A program made the position numbers and the translations under genes. Source: an uncultured bacterium (GTDB lineage: Bacteria; Auribacterota; JACPWU01). From it: DNA of 32,000 bases. Below, one piece after another: positions 25,109 through 32,000 of the stretch. Under the pieces are notes generated by a model. It was not told the DNA's origin, made no database searches, and worked only from the letters and a program-made list of their open reading frames with translations. The stretch covers positions 79,156 to 111,155 of the forward strand of contig CAZXEQ010000001.1 in NCBI GenBank assembly GCA_964640155.1, read 5' to 3'. Position 1 is the stretch's first letter; each line of letters starts with the position of its first letter.

Positions 25109-26362
25109 TTATTCATATCTTATCGCTTCTACAGGATTCATTCGAGAAGCCTGAAAAGCTGGATACAAAGCAGCTAAAAGACTTAAAACAAAAGCACATC
25201 CTGCAACAAGCAAAGTTTGTTTTAAGTTTAAAAGCGTTGGAATTTTATCTAAATAATAAACATCTTTCGGGAAAAATTCGAATCCTGTCCATCGATGAAT
25301 CGCATTTGCAATAGGATTAAGATTGAGAGTGAGAACAATCCCTCCTACAAAGCCTAAAAATGTTCCCAGGGATCCAATCATCAAACCTTGAATGAGAAAA
25401 ACCTTCATAACACAATTTTTTGATGCCCCAATCGCTTTGAGAATACCTATTTCTTTTGTCTTTTCCATCACCATCATAATCAAGCTGGAAGCAATGTTAA
25501 AAGCTGCCACTAAAATAATGAGAGACAAAATCCAAAACATCATCCACTTTTCTGTCACAATTGCGCGAAAAAGATTTTTATTCAATTCAAGCCACGTTCG
25601 AATCGGCGCAGGACTTTTCATTTTATCCAAAATGACTTTCTTCACCTCAAAAGCATCATTCAAATCATCAATCTGAATACTGATCCCTGTCACAGACTTT
25701 CCTAAACCGTACAATTCCTGACCCAACTCTAATGAAATATAAACGAGCGTCATGTCATACTCATACATCCCAGAATCAAAAATACCAATCACTTGAAAGC
25801 TTAAAGAATGCGAAGAAAGACCTAACGGAGTTGGGATAGAAATCGGAGATAAGAGATCAATCGAATCACCCAACTGAAGTTGAAAAGATTTTGCAAATTC
25901 ATTCCCTATAACAATGCCACGTCCTTTTGGAACAGAATTAAAATCCATAGACCCTTGAGCTATATATTGGCGAATTTGTGTGGTCTTTTCCTCATAGGCA
26001 GGGTCAATCGCTCTAATCACAACACCATAGACCTTGTCTTTCAATCGAGCTAGAATCTGACCTGAAACAAAGGCAGACGCCCCTCGAATTTCTGGAATTG
26101 CTTCAAGCTGATTTAATACTTCAGAATAATTTTCAATGGCCTTTCCCCCACTCATCGTCAATGGGGAATAAACCCCTAAAATTCTCTTTTTTAAATCTGT
26201 GTCAAACCCACCCATGACGGAAAGAACCACAATCAAAGCCATCACTCCCAGAGCAATTCCAAAGATTGAAAATATATTAATGAGAGAAATCCAGCGATGA
26301 CGATGTCTGCCTCGAAGATATTTGAGGCTAAGAAAAAAAGAAAAAGGAAGACGTGTGATCAT
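25109..26362 (-). CDS. lipoprotein-releasing system permease, LolC/E family (single copy)
   Basis: MacB-type periplasmic domain plus FtsX-type C-terminal TM bundle. The N-terminus MITRLPFSFFLSLKYLRGRH... is typical. The ATG at 26362 is preferred over the track's TTG at 26374. Confidence 0.8.
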   Translation of the reverse strand: MITRLPFSFFLSLKYLRGRHRHRWISLINIFSIFGIALGVMALIVVLSVMGGFDTDLKKRILGVYSPLTMSGGKAIENYSEVLNQLEAIPEIRGASAFVSGQILARLKDKVYGVVIRAIDPAYEEKTTQIRQYIAQGSMDFNSVPKGRGIVIGNEFAKSFQLQLGDSIDLLSPISIPTPLGLSSHSLSFQVIGIFDSGMYEYDMTLVYISLELGQELYGLGKSVTGISIQIDDLNDAFEVKKVILDKMKSPAPIRTWLELNKNLFRAIVTEKWMMFWILSLIILVAAFNIASSLIMMVMEKTKEIGILKAIGASKNCVMKVFLIQGLMIGSLGTFLGFVGGIVLTLNLNPIANAIHRWTGFEFFPKDVYYLDKIPTLLNLKQTLLVAGCAFVLSLLAALYPAFQASRMNPVEAIRYE

Positions 26363-26438
26363 TTTTAATTCCAACGAAGTTTACAATTAACGGTGTACAT
26401 TGTACGGTAAACTGTTAACTGTTCACGGTACACCATCT

Positions 26439-27872
26439 TTACGCTTCTGGTCTCATATGAGGGAAAAGAATCACTTCACGAATGGATTCAATACCCGTCA
26501 AAATCATGACCAAGCGATCAATTCCAATTCCCAAACCACCAGCGCAAGGCATGCCATATTCCAAGGCCCTCACAAAATCATGATCCGCTTCTTTGCCTGT
26601 GGCTTTGGCCTGTTCGTCAAAGCGTTTGGCCTGATCAATCGGGTCATTCAACTCTGAATAAGCATTAGCAACCTCTAGCCCTTGCATAAAAAGTTCAAAA
26701 CGCTCTGCACGACTGGAGTCCCCTTTTTTTGTTTTAGCCAAAAGACAAAGTTCTGTTGGATAATCAGTGATAAATGTCGGCTGAATTAATTTTTCCTGAA
26801 CCACTTTTTCAAAAATCTCATTCCATACTTCGATGCCAGACCAATGAGGATCTACAAAAAGACCCAACTTTTTTGCTTCAGCTGCAGGATCTTTCACATG
26901 AGATATATCAATCCCCGCATATTCACGAATGGATTCAAAATAGTCCAGTCTTCTCCAAGGCGACTGAAAATTTAAAACTTGCCCACCCCAACTTTGAACT
27001 TCTCTTTTCTTAAAAAGGTGATCGCATAAACTGCCAACCAGATTTTCAGTCAATTGCATCATATCCGTATAATCATCATAGGCTGAATAAACTTCAAGCA
27101 TGCTAAATTCAGGATTATGAAATCTTGAAAGCCCCTCATTCCTAAAGTTTCGATTCAGCTCGTAAACCTTTTCCAACCCACCCACCAAAAGCCTTTTCAA
27201 ATAAAGTTCAGGAGCAACTCTTAAATAAAGATCTATCCCCAGTGCTTCATGAAAAGTTTCAAAAGGTTTTGCAACAGCTCCCCCCGCAATGGCCTGCATC
27301 ATGGGAGTTTCAACTTCTTGAAATCCAAGACCATCCAAAAAAGAACGAATCTCTCGAATAATTCCAGAACGCGTTTGAAAAATTTTTCTTACCTCAGGAT
27401 TGGAAATCAAATCTACATAACGTTGACGATAGCGAATTTCAACATCTTTTAAGCCATGCCATTTTTCAGGTAAAGGGCGTAGGGATTTAGAAAGGAAGAC
27501 AAAATGCTTTGCTAAAATTGTAATTTCACCTGTTTTGGTTTTGAAAAGCTCTCCTTCCATCCCCAAAACATCTCCAATATCCCCTTTTTCAAACAAGGCG
27601 AACTGTTCTTCTCCAATAATATCTTTCTTAACATAAAATTGAATGCGTCCAGTTCTATCCTCAATATTTCCAAAAACAGCCTTGCCATGCCCTCTTAAGG
27701 CCATCACACGTCCTGCAATCTTTGCCGGCATAGCTTCCTGAAAAGATTCAATACAACCTTGCATGGTATGGGAACGAACAAATTTCCGACCGTAGGGCTC
27801 TAGCCCTTTTTCAAGAAGGAACTGAAGTTTTTCTTTTCTCTGCTTAATTAAATCATTATCTGAATCAGTCAT
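26439..27872 (-). CDS. lysS: lysine--tRNA ligase (class II)
   Basis: Canonical LysRS sequence starts at MTDSDNDLIKQRKEKL... (ATG 27870-27872). The 56 codons added upstream by the ORF track start at a TTG and read through a promoter-like region and a GC-rich element. Confidence 0.95.
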   Translation of the reverse strand: MTDSDNDLIKQRKEKLQFLLEKGLEPYGRKFVRSHTMQGCIESFQEAMPAKIAGRVMALRGHGKAVFGNIEDRTGRIQFYVKKDIIGEEQFALFEKGDIGDVLGMEGELFKTKTGEITILAKHFVFLSKSLRPLPEKWHGLKDVEIRYRQRYVDLISNPEVRKIFQTRSGIIREIRSFLDGLGFQEVETPMMQAIAGGAVAKPFETFHEALGIDLYLRVAPELYLKRLLVGGLEKVYELNRNFRNEGLSRFHNPEFSMLEVYSAYDDYTDMMQLTENLVGSLCDHLFKKREVQSWGGQVLNFQSPWRRLDYFESIREYAGIDISHVKDPAAEAKKLGLFVDPHWSGIEVWNEIFEKVVQEKLIQPTFITDYPTELCLLAKTKKGDSSRAERFELFMQGLEVANAYSELNDPIDQAKRFDEQAKATGKEADHDFVRALEYGMPCAGGLGIGIDRLVMILTGIESIREVILFPHMRPEA

Positions 27873-28006
27873 CTCTATTGCTCCAAAGAATTTACAAATC
27901 AGCTCATAATTAATATGCGAAAGATTAGTATAGGCAATACAGACTGTCAAGTAAAGCCGATCTGTATTTGAACGATCGCTGGCAAAAAGTGTGTTCTTTA
28001 CAATAC

Positions 28007-28090
28007 GGGTGACACTCGGCGGGAGCCCCGCCGCGCGCAATTTTTCATGAGCACGGTGGGGCTGACGAGTGGCAGGACCTGTTTCTTTTT
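28007..28090 (+). other. GC-rich structured element of unknown function in the lysS / TolC-like divergent region
   Basis: By my count 28007-28079 is ~two-thirds G+C, against AT-rich flanks. Hairpin CGGCGGG-agc-CCCGCCG (28017-28033) is followed by a T5 run. An alternative pairing joins GCCCCGCC (28025-28032) with GGTGGGGC (28055-28062). That pairing needs a G-U, so it works only on the plus-strand RNA. It is enclosed by CACTC/GAGTG (28013-17 / 28067-71). Confidence 0.25.
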
Positions 28091-28189
28091 CAAAAAAATA
28101 CTTTGATAGATTAGTTTTTTTCTTTAAATAAAAGTGTTACATTTCCATTTCACTCAATTCAACTCATTGTGTTAAGATGTTTCCTTCAT

Positions 28190-29671
28190 ATGAAAAAATT
28201 TTTTTCTCTTATCTTCATCATTTTTTTAAGCACTCAACTTCTCTTCTCAGAAGAAATACAGAACCTTACACTTCGAAGCGCATTGGATCAATCCCTCCAA
28301 TCCAATCTCAACCTTCATGTAGAAAGATTTAATCCTGCACTTGCAAAATTAGAGATCAAAAAAAGTTGGGGAATTTTTGACCCTATACTCTCTTTAGGTT
28401 TACATTATCAGAATGAGGAGATGCCTCTTACACGCCAATACTCTATTGCAGCGGGAGGACTAGAAGCTACGGAAGATCGAAATATTTTCTTCTCTTCGGG
28501 ATTGACCGGGAAAGTCCCTTGGGGTACTGAATATAAATTTGACTTTACATCTACACGCAATACAAGCACCTTTAATCAGTTCAATTCAGAATATCCACAA
28601 AATGCCTCAGCAACCCTTGTTCAACCTCTGCTTAAAGATTTTGGTTTTGGATCCAATCTCGCTTACATTCGTATTTCGAAAAACCGTTATAAAGCCTCTC
28701 AACTAAAATTAAAACAGACCATGATCGATCTTATCACCCAGGTAAAATTTACTTATTGGGATCTTGTTTTTGCATATCAAGATCTCGAAGTCAAAAAAGA
28801 ATCTCTAAAGCTCTCCCAATCATTATTGGAGCAAAATCGTGCACGTGCAAAAATAGGGACATTGCCCGGATTAGAAGTCGTTCAATCTGAAGCAGGTGTT
28901 GCGGTGAGAGAAGAAACTATTTTAACCGCTGAACATGAAATTAAAGATAAAACAAATCAACTTAAAAGTCTTCTACTAAAAGATATCTCTTCTCATCTAG
29001 AAGAAAAAATTTTTCCTCAAGACTCACCCTCTCCTCTTCACCAAAAGACTGATCCAAAAGAAGCCATACAAACTGCATTGACACATCGAACAGATTTGGA
29101 ACAAGCAAAAATTGAACTCGCCAATCAAAATATTTTTCTTAAGTATTATCACAATCAATCTCTTCCCCGCATTGATTTGGAAGGAACATTAGGTCTTAAT
29201 GGTTTAGCCGGAAGTTTTGGAAATAGCTGGGAAGATTTAGCTGAAGGAAATCATCCCGTATGGGGTGCAGGCTTAGTCTTTAAATACCCTCTAGGGAATC
29301 GAACTAACAAAGCTAATTACAGCCAATCTAAACTCCAAATCAAAAGAAGCCTTCTTGAAATCAAAAGATTAGAAAATGCAATTATTCTTCAAGTAGATAC
29401 AACCGCAAACAAAGTAGAAACATTTTGGAAAAGAATTCAGGCCGCAACATCCTCACAAAAATTTGCTGAAGAAGCTCTTCAAGCTGAACAAAAAAAATAT
29501 GAAGCGGGTACCTCTACCAGTCATAATGTTCTTGAATTTGAAGAAGATCTTGCCATTGCCAAATCCAATAAAATAAGAATTGAAATTGAATATCTTAAAG
29601 CTCTTGCTGAATTTGAAAAAGTCGTAGGAGTCGCTTTAGAAAAAGAAGATATCCATGTTATTGAAGAATGA
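28190..29671 (+). CDS. TolC-family outer membrane efflux protein
   Basis: Signal peptide MKKFFSLIFIIFLSTQLLFS. Two-repeat OEP architecture with characteristic coiled helical segments. The ATG at 28190 is preferred over the track's GTG at 28169. Confidence 0.8.
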   Translation: MKKFFSLIFIIFLSTQLLFSEEIQNLTLRSALDQSLQSNLNLHVERFNPALAKLEIKKSWGIFDPILSLGLHYQNEEMPLTRQYSIAAGGLEATEDRNIFFSSGLTGKVPWGTEYKFDFTSTRNTSTFNQFNSEYPQNASATLVQPLLKDFGFGSNLAYIRISKNRYKASQLKLKQTMIDLITQVKFTYWDLVFAYQDLEVKKESLKLSQSLLEQNRARAKIGTLPGLEVVQSEAGVAVREETILTAEHEIKDKTNQLKSLLLKDISSHLEEKIFPQDSPSPLHQKTDPKEAIQTALTHRTDLEQAKIELANQNIFLKYYHNQSLPRIDLEGTLGLNGLAGSFGNSWEDLAEGNHPVWGAGLVFKYPLGNRTNKANYSQSKLQIKRSLLEIKRLENAIILQVDTTANKVETFWKRIQAATSSQKFAEEALQAEQKKYEAGTSTSHNVLEFEEDLAIAKSNKIRIEIEYLKALAEFEKVVGVALEKEDIHVIEE

Positions 29672-29919
29672 AACCCTCTAACAATCAACCTAAAGTTTCT
29701 CTCAACACACTCGGTCAACTCTGTCCTCAACCCATCATTGAAACCGCAAAAAAAATAAAAAAAATGAAAAAGGGCGAAATTTTAGAAATTCTCTCAGACG
29801 ATTGGGGAATGAAACTTGATTTGCCCGCCTGGTGTAAAATGACAGGTCATGAATTGATTCAGATTCAAGAAGAAAAAAATCTACTCAGATCCTGGGTAAA
29901 AAAAATCATTGCTAGTTGA
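29668..29919 (+). CDS. TusA/SirA-family sulfurtransferase-like protein
   Basis: LNTLGQLCPQPIIETAKKIKKMKKGEILEILSDD...AWCKMTGHEL matches the TusA CP-x-P motif and fold pattern. It has an ATGA start/stop overlap with the TolC-like gene. Confidence 0.7.
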   Translation: MKPSNNQPKVSLNTLGQLCPQPIIETAKKIKKMKKGEILEILSDDWGMKLDLPAWCKMTGHELIQIQEEKNLLRSWVKKIIAS

Positions 29920-30606
29920 TTCCAAACGCGTCAACTTTGCTAAACTCCCTACATATTTATCCGCCTCTCTTGTTGGTTTAGGAATTCGATAACCATCACA
30001 ACAAGCTAATGTAAAATTAATTGCATTCTCTAGATCTACTTTATGTCCTGGCGATACAAAGATAGGATTCACATTATCTTTTGTTCTTAATACAGCACCT
30101 ATGATTTCTTTTTTTGACTTAAGTTCAGAGAAGTTTCCCTTTTGTGGAGGAGGTTCAATAAATTGACCAAACAATCTAGATTTAGCACATCCAATCGTAG
30201 GTTTGTCTAACCAAAGACCCAGATGACTTGCAATACCTAATCTTCTTGGATGAGCAATGCCCTGTCCGTCAAAAAATATAAGATCGGGTTCATGTTCAAG
30301 TTTACAAAAGGCTTCTAATAATATAGGCCCTTCTCGAAAAGCCAAAAGCCCTGGAATATAAGGAAACGAAAGTTTACCCACAAAAGATTTTCTTTCTAAT
30401 TCTTTCAACTCTGGGAAACTGTAAACAATCACGCCTGCAATTCCATTACCTAGCTTTAAATCTAATGAAATATCGGCTCCTGCAATCACTTTTACAGGTT
30501 CTTTAAGCTCAGAAACCAAGACTTTTTGAGTTAAATCATCCTGTATTTGAAAAGCCTCTCTTAGGAGAACTTTCCATGTATGAAGTGCTGGTTTAACAAT
30601 TTTCAT
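29881..30606 (-). CDS. nfi: endonuclease V
   Basis: VIAGADIS... and DGQGIAHPRRLGIASHLGL motifs. RBS GAGGT. The 3' end overlaps the convergent TusA-like gene by 39 nt. Confidence 0.9.
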   Translation of the reverse strand: MKIVKPALHTWKVLLREAFQIQDDLTQKVLVSELKEPVKVIAGADISLDLKLGNGIAGVIVYSFPELKELERKSFVGKLSFPYIPGLLAFREGPILLEAFCKLEHEPDLIFFDGQGIAHPRRLGIASHLGLWLDKPTIGCAKSRLFGQFIEPPPQKGNFSELKSKKEIIGAVLRTKDNVNPIFVSPGHKVDLENAINFTLACCDGYRIPKPTREADKYVGSLAKLTRLESTSNDFFYPGSE

Positions 30607-30717
30607 TATGAATTAACCTCATTTCTTCTCCAATTTTAAGCATAAGTAAACCTAAGTATCTTCACACAAATCAATTGCGTAATCACATTATTTCTCTCAT
30701 ATTTTATCAAGAAAAGC

Positions 30718-30747
30718 TTGACAAAGGCTTCCCTCAAATGTTAGCCT
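30718..30747 (+). promoter_or_regulatory. candidate promoter of the riboswitch leader
   Basis: TTGACA (30718-30723), an 18-nt spacer ending in TGt, then TAGCCT (30742-30747), giving an extended -10 configuration. Confidence 0.4.
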
Positions 30748-30804
30748 TTAATCAGAAGTAATGAAGTAGCTAGAACCACTAGCTGGTACAACTGAATAAA
30801 CAGT

Positions 30805-30960
30805 ACCTTGAAAAAGGCAAACTGTTCGAAAGAGCAGGACGCAAAGCTTCAGGCCCTCAGAAAAGCCGTAGCTCGTGTGTCGTAAAGCGTATCTCATTGA
30901 GATACGAAGAGCGAAGTACGATTTACGATCTTTAATAGGGTAGCTGGGCTGCCAAAGGGT
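30805..30960 (+). promoter_or_regulatory. GEMM-I (c-di-GMP-I class) riboswitch aptamer
   Basis: 30816-30847 reads GGCAAA-CTGTTC-GAAA-GAGCAG-GACGCAAAGC. As I recall the V. cholerae Vc2 aptamer, it reads GGCAAA-CCAUUC-GAAA-GAGUGG-GACGCAAAGC. Junction and GNRA-loop residues are identical, and the two stem differences are compensatory. The 3' element AGGG-TAGC (30937-30944) parallels Vc2 ...GG-UAGC. In between is a long nested second helix: CCCT/AGGG, AAAG/CTTT, CGTA/TACG, TCGTA/TACGA, and CGTATCTC-att-GAGATACG at 30888-30906. Aptamer boundaries are approximate. Confidence 0.8.
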
Positions 30961-30976
30961 TAGGCAATACAAAAAC

Positions 30977-31027
30977 CCTGTTCTTCGAATGTGATTAAGC
31001 AATCATTTGAAGATCAGGTTTTTTATT
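30977..31027 (+). terminator. intrinsic terminator / expression platform of the riboswitch
   Basis: A ~17-bp imperfect stem (30977-30996 paired with 31001-31018, loop AAGC) is followed directly by TTTTTTATT (31019-31027). It ends 14 nt before the RBS GGAGGG (31041-31046) of the downstream gene. Confidence 0.7.
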
Positions 31028-31050
31028 GCTTACCCAAGCTGGAGGGTAAA

Positions 31051-32000
31051 ATGAAAACTCTTCTAAAAAGAAGTGAAGGTTACACGTTTTTAGAGATTCT
31101 CACCTCAGTCTCAATCATTATTATCATTATATCGCTTCTTGCCTCAGCTATTACAGCAGCTCGGGAAAAGGGCTTGCAAGCTAAGTGTATCAACAATCAA
31201 AAGAATCTTGCAGCAGCTCTCATTATGTACGCGCAAGATTATGAAAGCTTCCCTACTCAATTGGCTAAAATAGATCATTTTCGCCAAGATTTAACTTCTT
31301 CCAATGAAGGTTACGCTTATGCAAGCAATATGCAGTCTTATTATGCCCATGAGATTGATGTAACGCGATGTCCTAAAGTAAGTGGATCTATCACGGATAC
31401 AAACCCTACTTACTCTTATGGAATCAATACTCTCGTAGAAGGACGTAATTTAAGCGATATTGTGGACCCATCCAATACCATTGTGGTAACGGATAGTGCT
31501 AATAAAGACGCTGTAATGACAAAAGATGATGTGTCTTTCCGACATTTAGGTGGAGCCATCGCAGGTTTTGCAGATGGCCACGTAGAATGGGTGCGCTTTA
31601 ATCAAATAGATGAAACAGGAGCTGGATCATCAGGAACATCTGGATCCTCGGACGGAACAGACGATGGAACTATTCTGCCTGGAGGTGGTGTTTCTTTTGA
31701 CCCAGAAGGTAATCCCGATCCCCCATCTGATGATGGTTCTGGATCCGGTGGTGGATCAGGCTCTGACAATGATGACGATGGTTCTGGATCTGGCAGTGGA
31801 TCAGGCTCTGATGATGATGACGATGGTTCTGGATCCGGCAGTGGATCAGGCTCTGACAATGACGATGATGGTTCTGGATCCGGCAGTGGATCAGGCTCTG
31901 ATGATGACGACGATGGTTCTGGATCTGGCAGTGGATCAGGCTCTGACAATGACGATGATGGTTCTGGATCTGGCAGTGGATCAGGCTCTGATGATGACGA
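31051..32000 (+). CDS. prepilin-type N-terminal cleavage/methylation domain protein with H-X9-DG motif and acidic Gly/Ser/Asp repeat tail (3' end outside window)
   Basis: Absent from the ORF track because no stop falls in the window. RBS GGAGGG, then ATG at 31051. The N-terminus MKTLLKRSEG|YTFLEILTSVSIIIIIISLL has the G|xxxxE pilin leader and hydrophobic helix. FRHLGGAIAGFADGHVEW gives H-X9-DG. From ~aa 229 the protein becomes (GS)5-D(D/N)DDD repeats. Confidence 0.85.
   Translation, partial: MKTLLKRSEGYTFLEILTSVSIIIIIISLLASAITAAREKGLQAKCINNQKNLAAALIMYAQDYESFPTQLAKIDHFRQDLTSSNEGYAYASNMQSYYAHEIDVTRCPKVSGSITDTNPTYSYGINTLVEGRNLSDIVDPSNTIVVTDSANKDAVMTKDDVSFRHLGGAIAGFADGHVEWVRFNQIDETGAGSSGTSGSSDGTDDGTILPGGGVSFDPEGNPDPPSDDGSGSGGGSGSDNDDDGSGSGSGSGSDDDDDGSGSGSGSGSDNDDDGSGSGSGSGSDDDDDGSGSGSGSGSDNDDDGSGSGSGSGSDDD
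31735..32000 (+). repeat. 45-nt in-frame tandem repeat, at least 5.9 copies, continuing beyond the window
   Basis: Units start at 31735, 31780, 31825, 31870, 31915 and 31960. The consensus is GGTTCTGGATCYGGCAGTGGATCAGGCTCTGAYRATGAYGAYGAT. DNDDD and DDDDD variants alternate, giving a 90-nt super-period. Confidence 0.95.

Noticed and set aside
26375-26438. Hairpin GGTGTAC...GTACACC with internal ACGGT repeats between lysS and lolC, as a possible terminator
   Set aside because: It has only a 7-bp stem with a ~29-nt loop, and no U-tract on the transcribed (minus) strand. That is too weak to call.
27873-28040. N-terminal 56 codons of the lysS ORF as given in the track (TTG start at 28040)
   Set aside because: The LysRS homology begins at the ATG at 27872. 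The extension reads through a TTGACA-17-TAATCT promoter-like sequence and the GC-rich element, and it looks non-protein-like.
28007-28090. SRP (4.5S) RNA, tRNA, or a known riboswitch (ZTP, guanidine-I/III, fluoride) in the GC-rich island
   Set aside because: There is no GGAA tetraloop / AGCAGC SRP domain IV motif and no T-loop GGTTCGA. Only short chance resemblances to the riboswitch cores are present. It is kept as an unexplained element instead.
30748-31002. 84-aa minus-strand ORF from the track. I also considered tmRNA, RNase P RNA or 6S RNA for this structured region.
   Set aside because: The region matches the GEMM-I riboswitch core on the plus strand and is bounded by a promoter and an intrinsic terminator. 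There is no RBS or recognisable protein family for the ORF. There are no tmRNA ends (GGGG.../...CCACCA) and no RNase P P4 motifs (GAGGAAAGUCC / ACAGAA..GGCUUA).
31602-31949. 115-aa minus-strand ORF (EPDPLPDPEPSSS repeats)
   Set aside because: It is the antisense reading of the GS/D tandem repeat. The plus-strand frame is continuous with a well-supported prepilin-like N-terminal domain that has an RBS. Open antisense frames are expected in such repeats.
31735-32000. Possible CRISPR array
   Set aside because: The units are contiguous 45-nt repeats with no spacers. They are in frame with, and part of, a coding sequence.
1-32000. Mobile elements, prophage, defence islands or toxin-antitoxin pairs
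   Set aside because: I recognised no transposase, integrase, recombinase, terminal inverted repeats, restriction/Cas/Abi-type domains or paired small ORFs. The lone DUF2283-like ORF (11099-11335) has no toxin partner.

Overview
AT-rich bacterial chromosomal window with no rRNA, tRNA, CRISPR array, transposase or integrase. Nearly everything from 1.1 to 27.9 kb is on the minus strand. The gene content suggests a diderm organism: LolD plus a single LolC/E-type permease, MlaEFD, an AsmA/TamB-like protein and a TolC-like OMP. It also carries a Firmicute-style McsA-McsB-ClpC module. My guess is an uncultivated lineage such as Omnitrophota/PVC, but that is only inference from giant-gene and H-X9-DG pilin content.

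Gene order:
- aldo/keto reductase (partial, +)
- 69-aa Cys-rich ORF (+)
- giant 3,246-aa ORF (-)
- 78-aa ORF (+)
- ispF, ispD, radA, mlaD, mlaF, mlaE, AsmA/TamB-like, clpC, mcsB, mcsA, ilvE, lolD, lolC/E, lysS (all -)
- TolC-like and TusA-like (+)
- nfi (-)
- riboswitch leader and a prepilin-like gene that runs off the window (+)

Two things stand out.

(1) A single uninterrupted 9,741-nt ORF (1153-10893, minus) encodes a multi-pass membrane giant. It has a transglutaminase-like Cys-His-Asp core, a long coiled coil, a possible Tiki/TraB/ChaN-like N-terminal domain and more than 2,500 aa that I cannot assign. There is a sharp Lys-rich to Arg-rich switch at an internal TM helix. This is my best candidate for an undescribed system.

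(2) The 445-bp gap before the last gene is not empty. It holds a promoter, a GEMM-I (c-di-GMP-I class) riboswitch core, and a strong intrinsic terminator whose base competes with an upstream helix. This leader controls an H-X9-DG prepilin-like protein. That protein's C-terminus is a near-perfect 45-nt tandem repeat encoding (GS)5-D(D/N)DDD and continues past the window edge.

Several ORF-track entries are artefacts: 123-317, 10712-11086, 30748-31002, 31602-31949, the N-terminal 56 codons of lysS, and the small antisense ORFs inside long genes.
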